Of a stretch of 26,816 bases of DNA, positions 1 to 8,658 are shown in pieces. Positions within the stretch are counted from its first letter, which is position 1. Each line of letters opens with the position of its first letter. The notes below the pieces were generated by a model. That model searched no databases. It was not told the DNA's origin and worked only from the letters and a program-made list of their open reading frames with translations. The stretch spans positions 1 through 26,816 of the forward strand of contig CAVWIG010000037.1 in assembly GCA_963754945.1 (NCBI GenBank). The letters are read 5' to 3'. Source of the DNA: Methanotrichaceae archaeon (lineage in GTDB: Archaea; Halobacteriota; Methanosarcinia; Methanotrichales; Methanotrichaceae). The translations under genes were made by a program, and so were the position numbers.

Positions 1-3
1 ATG

Positions 4-13
4 TGCTGTGTCG
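4..13 (+). repeat. Left terminal inverted repeat of the IS5 element
   Basis: TGCTGTGTCG is the exact reverse complement of 983-992. Confidence 0.8.
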
Positions 14-49
14 ATTAAGCTTAAACAGTTTAAATATAAATATTATATC

Positions 50-922
50 ATGAACTATGTTGATAATAGAGACTGGCCAGAATATAATGCCCAACTTGTT
101 CGAAGAGGCGAATTCTATCTCGATTTGAGTTGTGTGAAGAACTGGAGTTGGGAATTAAGAGAAATGAATAGAAAGAAAACAGGCGCTCCATACAAATACC
201 CTAACACTTTTATAACTTTTGCATCAATAATATACTCTTTTTTTCGAATGCCATATCGTCAACTTGAAGGACTCTTTGGACGACTTTCGACCTATGAACC
301 AGGATTGGTGGCGGCAGATTATACCACCCTCCATAAGCGAATCTCTAAGCAAGATCTTGGAATAGAGATACCAGAGAACGACGCTGTTGTTGCAGTTGAT
401 TCAACTGGGATAAAGGTAACAAATAGAGGGGATTGGATGCGCGAGAAACACGGAAAGCAGCGGCGAGGATGGCTTAAAGTTCATGTGGCAGTCGACGTTG
501 AATCAAAGAGATTATTGTCTATGGAAATTACAGAAGAAGACACCTCGGATAGCGAGGTTTTGCGCCCTTTGTTGAAAGACGTCAATATTGAGGAGGGGTT
601 GATGGATGGCGCATATGACACAAACGACGCATTTGAATTTATGAAATCGAAAGGTGTAGATTGTCCAGGGATTAAGATCAGAGAGAACGCGATAGTAGGT
701 AAAGATGCATCAGCCAGGTCAACAGCGGTTCTGGAATTCAAAAAAATGGGCTACAAGGGTTGGAAGCAAATGCATCAGTACGGTAGAAGGTGGGCAGTTG
801 AAGGCTTCTTCTCATCGATCAAGCGTATCTTTGGTGAGACGGTTCGGGCATCTTCACCCGAAGGAATGGTCGCCGAGATTAAAAGAGCATTCATTTTGTA
901 TAATATACTTAGGAGCATATAA
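50..922 (+). CDS. IS5-family DDE transposase
   Basis: Motifs NYVDNRDWPEYNAQLVRRGE, VAVDSTGIK..GWLKVHVAVD, DGAYD and RWAVEGFFSSIKR are typical of IS5-family transposases. ATG at 50 is preferred over GTG at 8, which lies inside the terminal repeat. Confidence 0.92.
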   Translation: MNYVDNRDWPEYNAQLVRRGEFYLDLSCVKNWSWELREMNRKKTGAPYKYPNTFITFASIIYSFFRMPYRQLEGLFGRLSTYEPGLVAADYTTLHKRISKQDLGIEIPENDAVVAVDSTGIKVTNRGDWMREKHGKQRRGWLKVHVAVDVESKRLLSMEITEEDTSDSEVLRPLLKDVNIEEGLMDGAYDTNDAFEFMKSKGVDCPGIKIRENAIVGKDASARSTAVLEFKKMGYKGWKQMHQYGRRWAVEGFFSSIKRIFGETVRASSPEGMVAEIKRAFILYNILRSI

Positions 923-982
923 GTAATTAGTTAAAATAAATTATGAATTCTTGAATAACGAAATAATACTATAATAATCATG

Positions 983-992
983 CGACACAGCA
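983..992 (-). repeat. Right terminal inverted repeat of the IS5 element
   Basis: CGACACAGCA is the exact reverse complement of 4-13. Confidence 0.8.
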
Positions 993-1270
993 TCTTTATG
1001 CCATTTTTTGGGTTTTTCCTTCGGCACATTAGCCTGGTATTCAGGATTGTCCGGCAGTATTTTAGGACGGCCTTTCTCACCTTTCAGCCGGTTTATTTCA
1101 TCCTTTAGCTGTTGATTGTCTTTGCGGAGTTCTTGATTTGACTGGGCTAATTGCTCTATTGTGCTTAGAAGCTGGAGGATCAATTCTTTCATCGCTTCTT
1201 TATCGTCGAAGTTGATCTTGTCTACATCGAGGTTGATTATGGCCTCGTGTATGATATCTGGCACAAACAA
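993..1270 (-). pseudogene. N-terminal fragment of an IS66-like transposase, interrupted by the IS5 element
   Basis: The coiled coil followed by LKDEINRLKGEKGRPKI resembles N-termini of IS66-like transposases, recalled rather than searched. The frame runs into the IS5 right repeat after KKWHK. A possible element end GTACTTGCTCAATA lies on the minus strand at 1339-1352. Confidence 0.6.
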
Positions 1271-1744
1271 AATATTTTAGATATATGTATTAATAATTTT
1301 TGGTCCATGCACTCACTCGATTGGGGAATTCAACGTAATATTGAGCAAGTACGTTTAATCAAGATCAGCCAATGGGCTCGAACTGTGCCCATAGACTAAT
1401 GGAATATTGAATCTGCCGGATGGAGTTAGGAGCCTGGTCATGTCAGGACCCGATCATTAAGAATATTATTGCAAGTTATATGCACTCTGGCCATCGAAAC
1501 GCCATCGAACAGTGTTTCTAGGCATCAGTCCAAATATGGCGTCGGTTTGAATATGCGTTCTCTTCCCGGAGCCAGGGCGGCCATAACTCCCTTATCCAGG
1601 ATCTTGCGACTGAAAAAGGCTAGAAACATAAATCCTGGGCATCTCGCGCAACCCTGAGTAAGAGGTCTATTGAGTCCAGTTGAAGTTGGGATCAATAAAA
1701 TCAATCGGAAGTGCCCTAAGAACGTAAAGAGGCGACGAATCCTT

Positions 1745-3202
1745 TTAAGTCACTCCCTTGCACACCTCACCTCCGCCCTCCAGATCCTCTCTGAAGAAGT
1801 CCCGCCTTGTGCGCAGCCCAAGAGCCAGTGCAGCCTTTCTTTTGGCATATAACGGAGCCAGCCTCAGCGTTTCCTTAGCAAACCACTTCGGATAAAGCCG
1901 CTTAACCTTGTTGTATCTGAACCATTCCCAATTGTAGTAGCGGGCGTTCATCTCCCAGGTGATGTACTGGATCTCCTCATCGCTCAGGTGCCTTGTCCTG
2001 CAGTTGGCGTGTAGGCCATCGTACTTCGTGAAATCGTTCTTCGTGACCAGGCCCATCTCCTCAAGCTCTGAACGCATCTGCGTCTTGGGGTAAGGCGTGC
2101 TGATGTAGAAAATGGGGACATCCACCTTTAGCTTTCGAGCCAGCCGGAAGTTCTCCCAGATGTCCTCGGCGTCATCCTCCGGGTTCCCGCCGATCAGGCC
2201 TGTGGAGACTATGATATTGTTATCGTGAAGATACTGCACTGCCCTCTCGGCATCATTCGACATACTGCCCTTGCCGAGAAACTGCAGGTTGCGCTTGTTC
2301 ACGCTCTCAACACCGAGGAAGACACCGTCGAAGCCTGCCTCGCCCATTTTGTCTACCAGCCTTTTGCTGGAGGCAATTCCTGAAGCCGAAGCCTGGGTCT
2401 TGTACCGCAGATGGGTGAGCCCTGCATCGATTATTGCCTGGCAGAGCTGCTCCAACCTTTTCACATCCAGGGTGATGTTGTCGTCAGGGAAGAATATCGA
2501 GCCGGCACCGTGAGCTTCGGCGTCCTGGATGTCGGCGATAACGCGTTCGAGCGGGAACTTGCGGAACCTGCGGCCATACATGAGGTTGATGCTGCAGAAC
2601 TTGCACCCTTGAGTGCACCCCCGGCTGGTCTCGACGGAGTCTATGGGAACCCCCAGGCTCTCGAATCCCCTGGTGAGCAGCCGGGCGTTCCGGTTAGGCA
2701 TTTTGATCTCGTTCACGTCCAAGAGCGGCCTTGCAGGGTTATGGACAAACTTATCTCCATCGTGAAAAGAGAGGCCGAGCACATCTTTGAGGCTCTTGCC
2801 TTCGAGCTTCGCCTTGACGAGCTCTCGGAACGTGGCCTCACCCTCGCCCCTGACGATGTAATCGATGAGCTTGGCATCTGGCGATTCGGCGATCTCCTGA
2901 TAAGCCAGAGTGGGGTGATATCCTCCAAAGACCGTCTCAGCTCCGGAATCCTTCACGATCCTTGTCAGTTCCAGAGCCTCTTGATACTGAAAGCTCATGG
3001 CGGTCAACCCAACAAGATCGTAGTCGTTGACGATGTTGCGGACATAATCTCTGGGGCGCTTCTGGCCGTGGATGTCGGCCACATGAACTGTGCACAGGTC
3101 GTCAACGTGCGCCGCCAGCGAGGCCAACCCAAGGTTTGGCAGACGTGCGATTCGGTCGAAGTCCGGCTGAACGATTGGGGATGAGAGCAGAAGGATTTTC
3201 AT
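1745..3202 (-). CDS. B12-binding domain / radical SAM protein (class B methyltransferase-like)
   Basis: N-terminal cobalamin-binding domain (PNLGLASLAA..DLVGLTAMS..GGYHPT..VRGEGE), then ETSRGCTQGCKFC (CxxxCxxC), FPDDN and LGVES. Confidence 0.92.
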   Translation of the reverse strand: MKILLLSSPIVQPDFDRIARLPNLGLASLAAHVDDLCTVHVADIHGQKRPRDYVRNIVNDYDLVGLTAMSFQYQEALELTRIVKDSGAETVFGGYHPTLAYQEIAESPDAKLIDYIVRGEGEATFRELVKAKLEGKSLKDVLGLSFHDGDKFVHNPARPLLDVNEIKMPNRNARLLTRGFESLGVPIDSVETSRGCTQGCKFCSINLMYGRRFRKFPLERVIADIQDAEAHGAGSIFFPDDNITLDVKRLEQLCQAIIDAGLTHLRYKTQASASGIASSKRLVDKMGEAGFDGVFLGVESVNKRNLQFLGKGSMSNDAERAVQYLHDNNIIVSTGLIGGNPEDDAEDIWENFRLARKLKVDVPIFYISTPYPKTQMRSELEEMGLVTKNDFTKYDGLHANCRTRHLSDEEIQYITWEMNARYYNWEWFRYNKVKRLYPKWFAKETLRLAPLYAKRKAALALGLRTRRDFFREDLEGGGEVCKGVT

Positions 3203-3205
3203 GGA

Positions 3206-4573
3206 CTAGCTGACCTTGAGCAGCCTGGGACCCTGGCTCCAATCAAATCTGTTTGCCCTGGCGATGTAGGCTGCTACTTCCCGGAGACCGGCCACGCCTC
3301 CGTACCGGTATGCATTGCCCCACACACGGGCGGAGGTCCTGATGGGTGCTGTCAAGGGATAGACCTGTTTGAAAGACCAGTCTAGGATGCCCGGAATCTC
3401 CTCCGGCTTGAGATTCGGATGGTTCCAAACCATGTGCTTGCCGTCGTAGTTGTGATAATCGTGATCCCAGATTCCGTACTTCTCCTTGATTTCTTTGTAC
3501 AGCGGCGTCTGAGGCAGGGGGGTTAGAACGCATATCTGGGTTATGTCAAGCTTGAGGGAGGCCAACTTAGGAATGTCCTCCCGGAGAGACTCCTTTGTGT
3601 CGCCTTCAAAGCCGATCATGTAGTAGCCTACTGTTCCCAGGCCGTGCTTCTGAAGCTTGCGTACGGCATCAAGGATGTCCTCCGTGCCCTCCTTCTTCTT
3701 TATGTCGTCCAAACGCTCCTGGTGCAGGTTCTCAATTCCTATGGCCGCGCCTCCGAAGCCGGCCACTAATTTTTTGCCTCTGCGCAGCCTCATCTCCGCC
3801 CACTCGTCTATCTTTCCTCGGAGATAGTCTGCGCGGGCCATGCAGCCCCAGACCATTTCGTACTTGTCCAGCAGCTCGACCACAGCGTCAGCGTGGCGAC
3901 GATTGCAGCCGAAGTTCTCGTCCTCGATCAAGACAACGTTTATTCCGTTCTCCTTGTAGTAGGCGATAACCCGTTCCAGGCTCTTTATTGAGATCGGGTT
4001 GGGCTTGCTGCAGAACACCGGCGTCTGGCAGAATTTGCAGCCCACAGGGCAGCCGCGAGTTGTAAAGAGTACGCCGTAAATGTTCAGCTTGATCCCAAAG
4101 GGTGTGTTCAGGTACTCGATCAATGGCGGGTGGAGGACGTCTTTGATCTGTCTTCCGAAGAATGGAGCGAGCTGGTGCTCCGAGTAGCCAACAAAAATCC
4201 TGTCGAACTTGTCTTGAATCTCTTCTGTGAGAGCGCCGTAGTTTCCGGCCCACACCTGGCCCACGTTGGCCTTGCGGGCAGCATCTACCATCTCTAGGGC
4301 CTCATGGGTTTCGCTGAGATAGAAGGAGAGGCCAACGACGTCCCAGCCCTCCTCCAGCTTTTTCAGGTATTCTTCCCAGGTAGGGAACTCCAGGATCTCC
4401 AGCTCAGGTATGTTCTGCTTGAGAAAGCGAAGTCCGAAGGACTGGATCCTGGGCCAGTAGAACCTGAACCACGACCTTGTGTTGGCCCCGATGTAATCGT
4501 AAGGTTCGGAGCCTTTCCTGTAAACTGTGGCGAACAAAACCCTGGGGGGCATGATTGTCTTTTCCAGTTCCAT
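3206..4573 (-). CDS. Radical SAM protein with a divergent B12-binding-like N-terminal domain
   Basis: Motifs TTRGCPVGCKFC, IEDENF, IGIEN, YYMIGFEGD and LTPLPQT. It ends 3 bp before the start of the other radical SAM gene, so the two are probably co-transcribed. Confidence 0.88.
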   Translation of the reverse strand: MELEKTIMPPRVLFATVYRKGSEPYDYIGANTRSWFRFYWPRIQSFGLRFLKQNIPELEILEFPTWEEYLKKLEEGWDVVGLSFYLSETHEALEMVDAARKANVGQVWAGNYGALTEEIQDKFDRIFVGYSEHQLAPFFGRQIKDVLHPPLIEYLNTPFGIKLNIYGVLFTTRGCPVGCKFCQTPVFCSKPNPISIKSLERVIAYYKENGINVVLIEDENFGCNRRHADAVVELLDKYEMVWGCMARADYLRGKIDEWAEMRLRRGKKLVAGFGGAAIGIENLHQERLDDIKKKEGTEDILDAVRKLQKHGLGTVGYYMIGFEGDTKESLREDIPKLASLKLDITQICVLTPLPQTPLYKEIKEKYGIWDHDYHNYDGKHMVWNHPNLKPEEIPGILDWSFKQVYPLTAPIRTSARVWGNAYRYGGVAGLREVAAYIARANRFDWSQGPRLLKVS

Positions 4574-4651
4574 GGAAGATTAAACTTGCGTTCTAAGCAG
4601 ACTGCGAAATGAACGCAACGTATAATATCCCTTATCGCATCTCTTTGATTC

Positions 4652-5647
4652 ATGGACGATGCAGCGATCTCTTTGCGCGGCCTGACCAAGAGATTTGGGG
4701 ACCTCGTTGCTGTGGACAGGGTCGACCTGGAGATAGCTAAGGGAGAACTCTTCGGCCTCCTGGGGCCCAACGGTGCAGGCAAGACCACAATAATCAAAAT
4801 GCTTACCACCATGCTCAAGCCAACGGACGGCGAGGCCCTGGTCTGGGGGCACAACGTGGCCACGGAAAGGGACAATGTGCGGTCTTCTGTTGGTGTAGTC
4901 TTTCAGGACCCGAGCGTCGACAGCATGCTCACCGGCCGGGAGAACCTGGACTTCCACGGCCGGATGTACGGCCTCGGCAGGGCGATGCGCAAAAAGAGGA
5001 TCGCTGAGGTTCTGGAGCTGGTCGACCTGACAGACAAGGCGGACGTCAAGCTGGAGGACTATTCTGGCGGCATGCAGAGAAGGCTGGAGATCGCCCGTGG
5101 ATTAATGCACCATCCCAAAGTTCTCTTTCTGGACGAGCCGACCCTGGGGTTGGACGCCCAGACCAGGAGGTACATCTGGCAGTACGTCAAGGAGATGAAC
5201 CGGCAGGAAGGTGTGACCGTCGTTCTGACCACGCACTACATGGACGAGGCCGACTTTCTCTGTAACCGCGTGGCAATAATCGACAACGGCAAGATTGTTG
5301 CCCTGGACACGCCCGAGAACCTGAAGGACATGATAGGAGCAGACACAATAACTCTGGAGACCCAGAGCGGCGGAGAGATGCTGCTTGCCTCCCTCAAAGA
5401 CTTCGATTGGATCAAGTCCACGCACCAATCTAACGGCACAATCGAGCTGATGGTGGACCACGCAGAGTCGAGGATACCTGAGATAATGCTCACCGCCTGT
5501 CACAGCGATGTTGTGATTAGATCGGTAGGCCTTCACGAGCCGACACTAGAGGACGTCTTCCTGAAGTTCACCGGCAAGAAGATCAGGGAAGCCGAGTCTG
5601 CCAACCAGGGAAGAATGATGGCAAGAATATGGCATCGGAGAAAGTAA
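4652..5647 (+). CDS. ABC-2 type exporter ATP-binding subunit (DrrA-like)
   Basis: Walker A GPNGAGKTT, signature YSGGM, Walker B LFLDEPT, H-loop TTHYM and C-terminal EPTLEDVFL. Confidence 0.96.
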   Translation: MDDAAISLRGLTKRFGDLVAVDRVDLEIAKGELFGLLGPNGAGKTTIIKMLTTMLKPTDGEALVWGHNVATERDNVRSSVGVVFQDPSVDSMLTGRENLDFHGRMYGLGRAMRKKRIAEVLELVDLTDKADVKLEDYSGGMQRRLEIARGLMHHPKVLFLDEPTLGLDAQTRRYIWQYVKEMNRQEGVTVVLTTHYMDEADFLCNRVAIIDNGKIVALDTPENLKDMIGADTITLETQSGGEMLLASLKDFDWIKSTHQSNGTIELMVDHAESRIPEIMLTACHSDVVIRSVGLHEPTLEDVFLKFTGKKIREAESANQGRMMARIWHRRK

Positions 5648-6421
5648 ATGAGGCTGGATCTTTATGCCATCTACAGCATCTGGCTCAGGGAGATGCTCCG
5701 CTTCGTAAGGCTGCGTAGCCGCCTCATCGGCTCACTTGGAGCGCCCTTCTTCTTCCTGGCATTCCTGAGCATTGGGTTCAACACCGGAGGCGCAGGGATG
5801 TCTGGGCTACCTAAAGGCGTCGATTACATCAGTTTCCTGACCCCCGGGATAATCGGCATGACGCTTCTGTTCTCCGCTACATTCACAGGTCTATCGGTTC
5901 TCTGGGACCGGGAGTTCGGCTTTCTCAAAGAGATCATGGTGGCACCTGTGAGCAGGCTGGCCATAATCCTGGGAAGGACTGCAGGCGGGGCCACTACTGC
6001 CATCTTCCAGAGCATGATAATCCTGGTCTCAGGGATTATAATGGGAATGAAGGTTCAGGGCCCGGAGGGCTTTCTTCTTTCTTTCGTCTTCATGGTTCTG
6101 ATTGCTGCTACATTCATCGGCATGGGTCTGGCCTTTGCTTCCAAGATGAAGGATATGTCCGGCTTCAGCCTGATAATGAACTTCCTGATCTTCCCGCTCT
6201 TCTTCCTCTCGGGGGCGATCTTTCCCCTGGAGCGGTTCCCGTCTGCTGTTAAAACGATCGCCTACATCGACCCTCTCACCTACGGAGTCGACGGGCTAAG
6301 ATACTGTTTCCTCGGTACAAGCGCCCTGCCCCCCATCATGGACCTTGCTGTCTTATTGGCCTGCTGCATTGCTATGCTGAGCCTTGGGGCTTATCTCTTC
6401 GAGACAGGGGAGGTGGATTAG
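5648..6421 (+). CDS. ABC-2 type exporter permease
   Basis: About six hydrophobic helices, DREFGFLKEIMVAPVSR and FFLSGAIFP..PLTYGVDGLR motifs. It directly abuts the ATPase stop codon. Confidence 0.95.
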   Translation: MRLDLYAIYSIWLREMLRFVRLRSRLIGSLGAPFFFLAFLSIGFNTGGAGMSGLPKGVDYISFLTPGIIGMTLLFSATFTGLSVLWDREFGFLKEIMVAPVSRLAIILGRTAGGATTAIFQSMIILVSGIIMGMKVQGPEGFLLSFVFMVLIAATFIGMGLAFASKMKDMSGFSLIMNFLIFPLFFLSGAIFPLERFPSAVKTIAYIDPLTYGVDGLRYCFLGTSALPPIMDLAVLLACCIAMLSLGAYLFETGEVD

Positions 6422-6800
6422 GCCAGAGATTGTTGAGCAAGTCGTCTCAAACTTATCAGAGAAACGCGGACGACTCGGGAGGATTGCCTCGATGCAGAGT
6501 TGTGGACGAAGTGTATAGCTGAAAGAAGAATGCCAAAAATGCTACGTTTCTAATGGAATTATTTGTGCCTTTGTTTGCATCAAATACGGCATCTAGACTT
6601 TCTCGGGATTCGGGATGGGTTTTAATTTAGCCGATAATCCTGACCGAGTAACATATCTTGTCTACAAGCTTATCAAAAACGAGAGGACCTTAGTGCCCAG
6701 CAGAAGTGAGCCTCTGCAGAAATGTCCCACGTAACATACCGACTATCTATGCCAGCTTTACAAGATTAAGAAGTAAAAAAAGTTAAAAAATCGAAATTGA

Positions 6801-8090
6801 TTATCCGCTGGTAACAGAACAGACCATATCGAGGAATTGATTCCCGCTGACTGCCCACCTCATTTGCCACTTGTTCGCACCGAGCGGGAGCAAGTACATG
6901 TGATTGGCATTTCCAGCATTCATGTTCCTGGCGGAGTAGAATGTCCCGCTATCGGTGATTATCTTGAAGACCAACGAATCGCCTGCATTGAAGGTGCCAA
7001 GGTTGAAATTCCTGCCGACAACCGAATTTGTCACACTGCATATCGGTCTACCGGCAGGCGTTGTAATGTCCAGCTCGCGAATATACGCGTTCTTTAGAGT
7101 CAGCACTTTCAAGTTGACTGGCCCGGACTTTTTCAAGACTATAACACCATAACCCGACGGAGCAGGCGGATTCGGTGGATTTGGTGGATTCGATGACATC
7201 TGAACCGCGTAGAACGGAAACTCGGTTCCCATGCCGCACTGGCCGTATGCTATCTTGAAGAATCCACCTTCACCCCAACCAGTTCCCCAAGAGTTCTTGC
7301 AGATCCAGCAATTTTGTGTGTCGTCATACCCGATCACGCAGATGGCGTGATTCCCCGCAAAATCACCGTAGTCGTATGTGTAAACTCCACTTTCGTACCA
7401 GAAGAAATCAGAGTTCACTTCCATGCCGGTCATTATCGGGCCATTGGTAGCGATCCAATCCTTGGGATTGGTTATCGTCTTCCATGAGGCTATCTTTGTA
7501 GCCCTGCTGGCTCGATCCGGGCATGGCCCTGTACCATCGTAAGGCCAGCAGGCTTCGTCGGCTATGCCGGCGGTTTGGGCTCTACTCAAGGCCTTCTCAA
7601 ATTGCCAACCATAACAGCTCGCCCCGCCACCGAAAAACAGATCTGCCTCAGACAGATCAGGAATCGGTTTAGGGTTGCCCCTGGATATCTCGACAGCAGA
7701 CTCAATCGTGGCGACAGTGGCAAAAGCTACACATGATCCACACCCGCCCTGGTCTTTGATAGGAGTTACCCAGTTGGTTCCCTTTGTATTTCCTCTAGTG
7801 TTTCGCCAATCCCATGTCGAGGCCACAGTCGCAGTCATGTTGACGACAGGAAGCCTAAAGCTGGCGGACGGTTGCCATATCAGGCCTAGTCGGTGTTGTT
7901 TTTCAGCTAAAGACAGATCTGAGACTGAAGTATGACTCGCAGTCCAGGAATGTCCATTTGCCGAAATTATTGTCTGGATCGACTTCAGTTCTTGAGCGGA
8001 TCTTAGGTCTATTGATCCACTCGATATGCTGGAAATTAATAAGATAACCCCCAGCAGCAATAAAGCCCGTCTTAACATCGAAATCCCCAT
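6801..8090 (-). CDS. Secreted papain-like cysteine protease (peptidase C1A) with Pro-rich linker and C-terminal beta domain
   Basis: Signal peptide, WDWR, KDQGGCGSCVAF (Gln and catalytic Cys), NHAICVIGY (His), KNSWGTGWGEGGF (Asn), then a PPNPPNPP linker. Confidence 0.93.
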   Translation of the reverse strand: MGISMLRRALLLLGVILLISSISSGSIDLRSAQELKSIQTIISANGHSWTASHTSVSDLSLAEKQHRLGLIWQPSASFRLPVVNMTATVASTWDWRNTRGNTKGTNWVTPIKDQGGCGSCVAFATVATIESAVEISRGNPKPIPDLSEADLFFGGGASCYGWQFEKALSRAQTAGIADEACWPYDGTGPCPDRASRATKIASWKTITNPKDWIATNGPIMTGMEVNSDFFWYESGVYTYDYGDFAGNHAICVIGYDDTQNCWICKNSWGTGWGEGGFFKIAYGQCGMGTEFPFYAVQMSSNPPNPPNPPAPSGYGVIVLKKSGPVNLKVLTLKNAYIRELDITTPAGRPICSVTNSVVGRNFNLGTFNAGDSLVFKIITDSGTFYSARNMNAGNANHMYLLPLGANKWQMRWAVSGNQFLDMVCSVTSG

Positions 8091-8658
8091 ACATTAGAAA
8101 ATATCTTCCAATGTTAAATAGTTATCTCAAAGCTATCGGATAAGTTGTTTCCATTGATGCAGATAGTATCCCATGATCACGGCTATCTTGCCGATGAATC
8201 GATTTCCCATGAAATTGGTGCCAACAGATATCACTTTCATTTTTCGTGCATGAGCATCTGTCCTGATCTTTAGGCTCATGTGGGTTTTATATGCAAAACA
8301 ACGACTACGTGCTACTAATATCATAAAAAAATTATACAAATTGCCGTCCTGCTTACCTCGAACTCATGATGTATTTCCCTAATTTTCCTAATTTTCGATA
8401 TCGTTAGAATAAGGCTGCTATATGTATATTCGATCAATCCCGAATCCCTTGTTCGGAAAGACGATCCGTCTTATGGTTCTTCTATCCCAAATTCATCCTG
8501 GCCTAGACTTAACGCAACACTTCTTCACAACCCGAGCTAAAGCTAAATATAGATTCTAATCATTCATGTTCGTCTGAAACACTGCAAAAGGACAATAACG
8601 GGAAAATCCTCTCCCGGACCTCACGCGGTGCTTGTCGAATTAATGCTGGAAGGAATGA

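Larger units (their letters stand above)
4..992 (+). mobile_element. IS5-family insertion sequence (ISH1-group-like), apparently complete
   Basis: Single DDE transposase flanked by a perfect 10-bp terminal inverted repeat, TGCTGTGTCG (4-13) / CGACACAGCA (983-992). The right flank TCTTTATG (993-1000) ends in ATG, matching bases 1-3, which is compatible with an 8-bp target duplication cut by the window edge. The element is AT-richer than the neighbouring host genes. Confidence 0.85.

Noticed and set aside
1360-1740. Short ORFs and the GCCATCGAA direct repeat downstream of the radical SAM genes as a RiPP precursor
   Set aside because: No ORF has leader/core character or the right orientation and signals, and a single 9-bp duplication is weak evidence.
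2271-6015. Numerous overlapping ORFs within the radical SAM and ABC genes (similar ones occur in dapF, hxlA and secD)
   Set aside because: These are antisense or alternate-frame shadows of well-supported genes, with no motifs of their own.
8133-8339. 68-aa minus ORF upstream of the protease, and the similar AT-rich ORF at 13073-13273
   Set aside because: Both lie in AT-rich promoter regions, have non-ATG starts and show no protein-like features.
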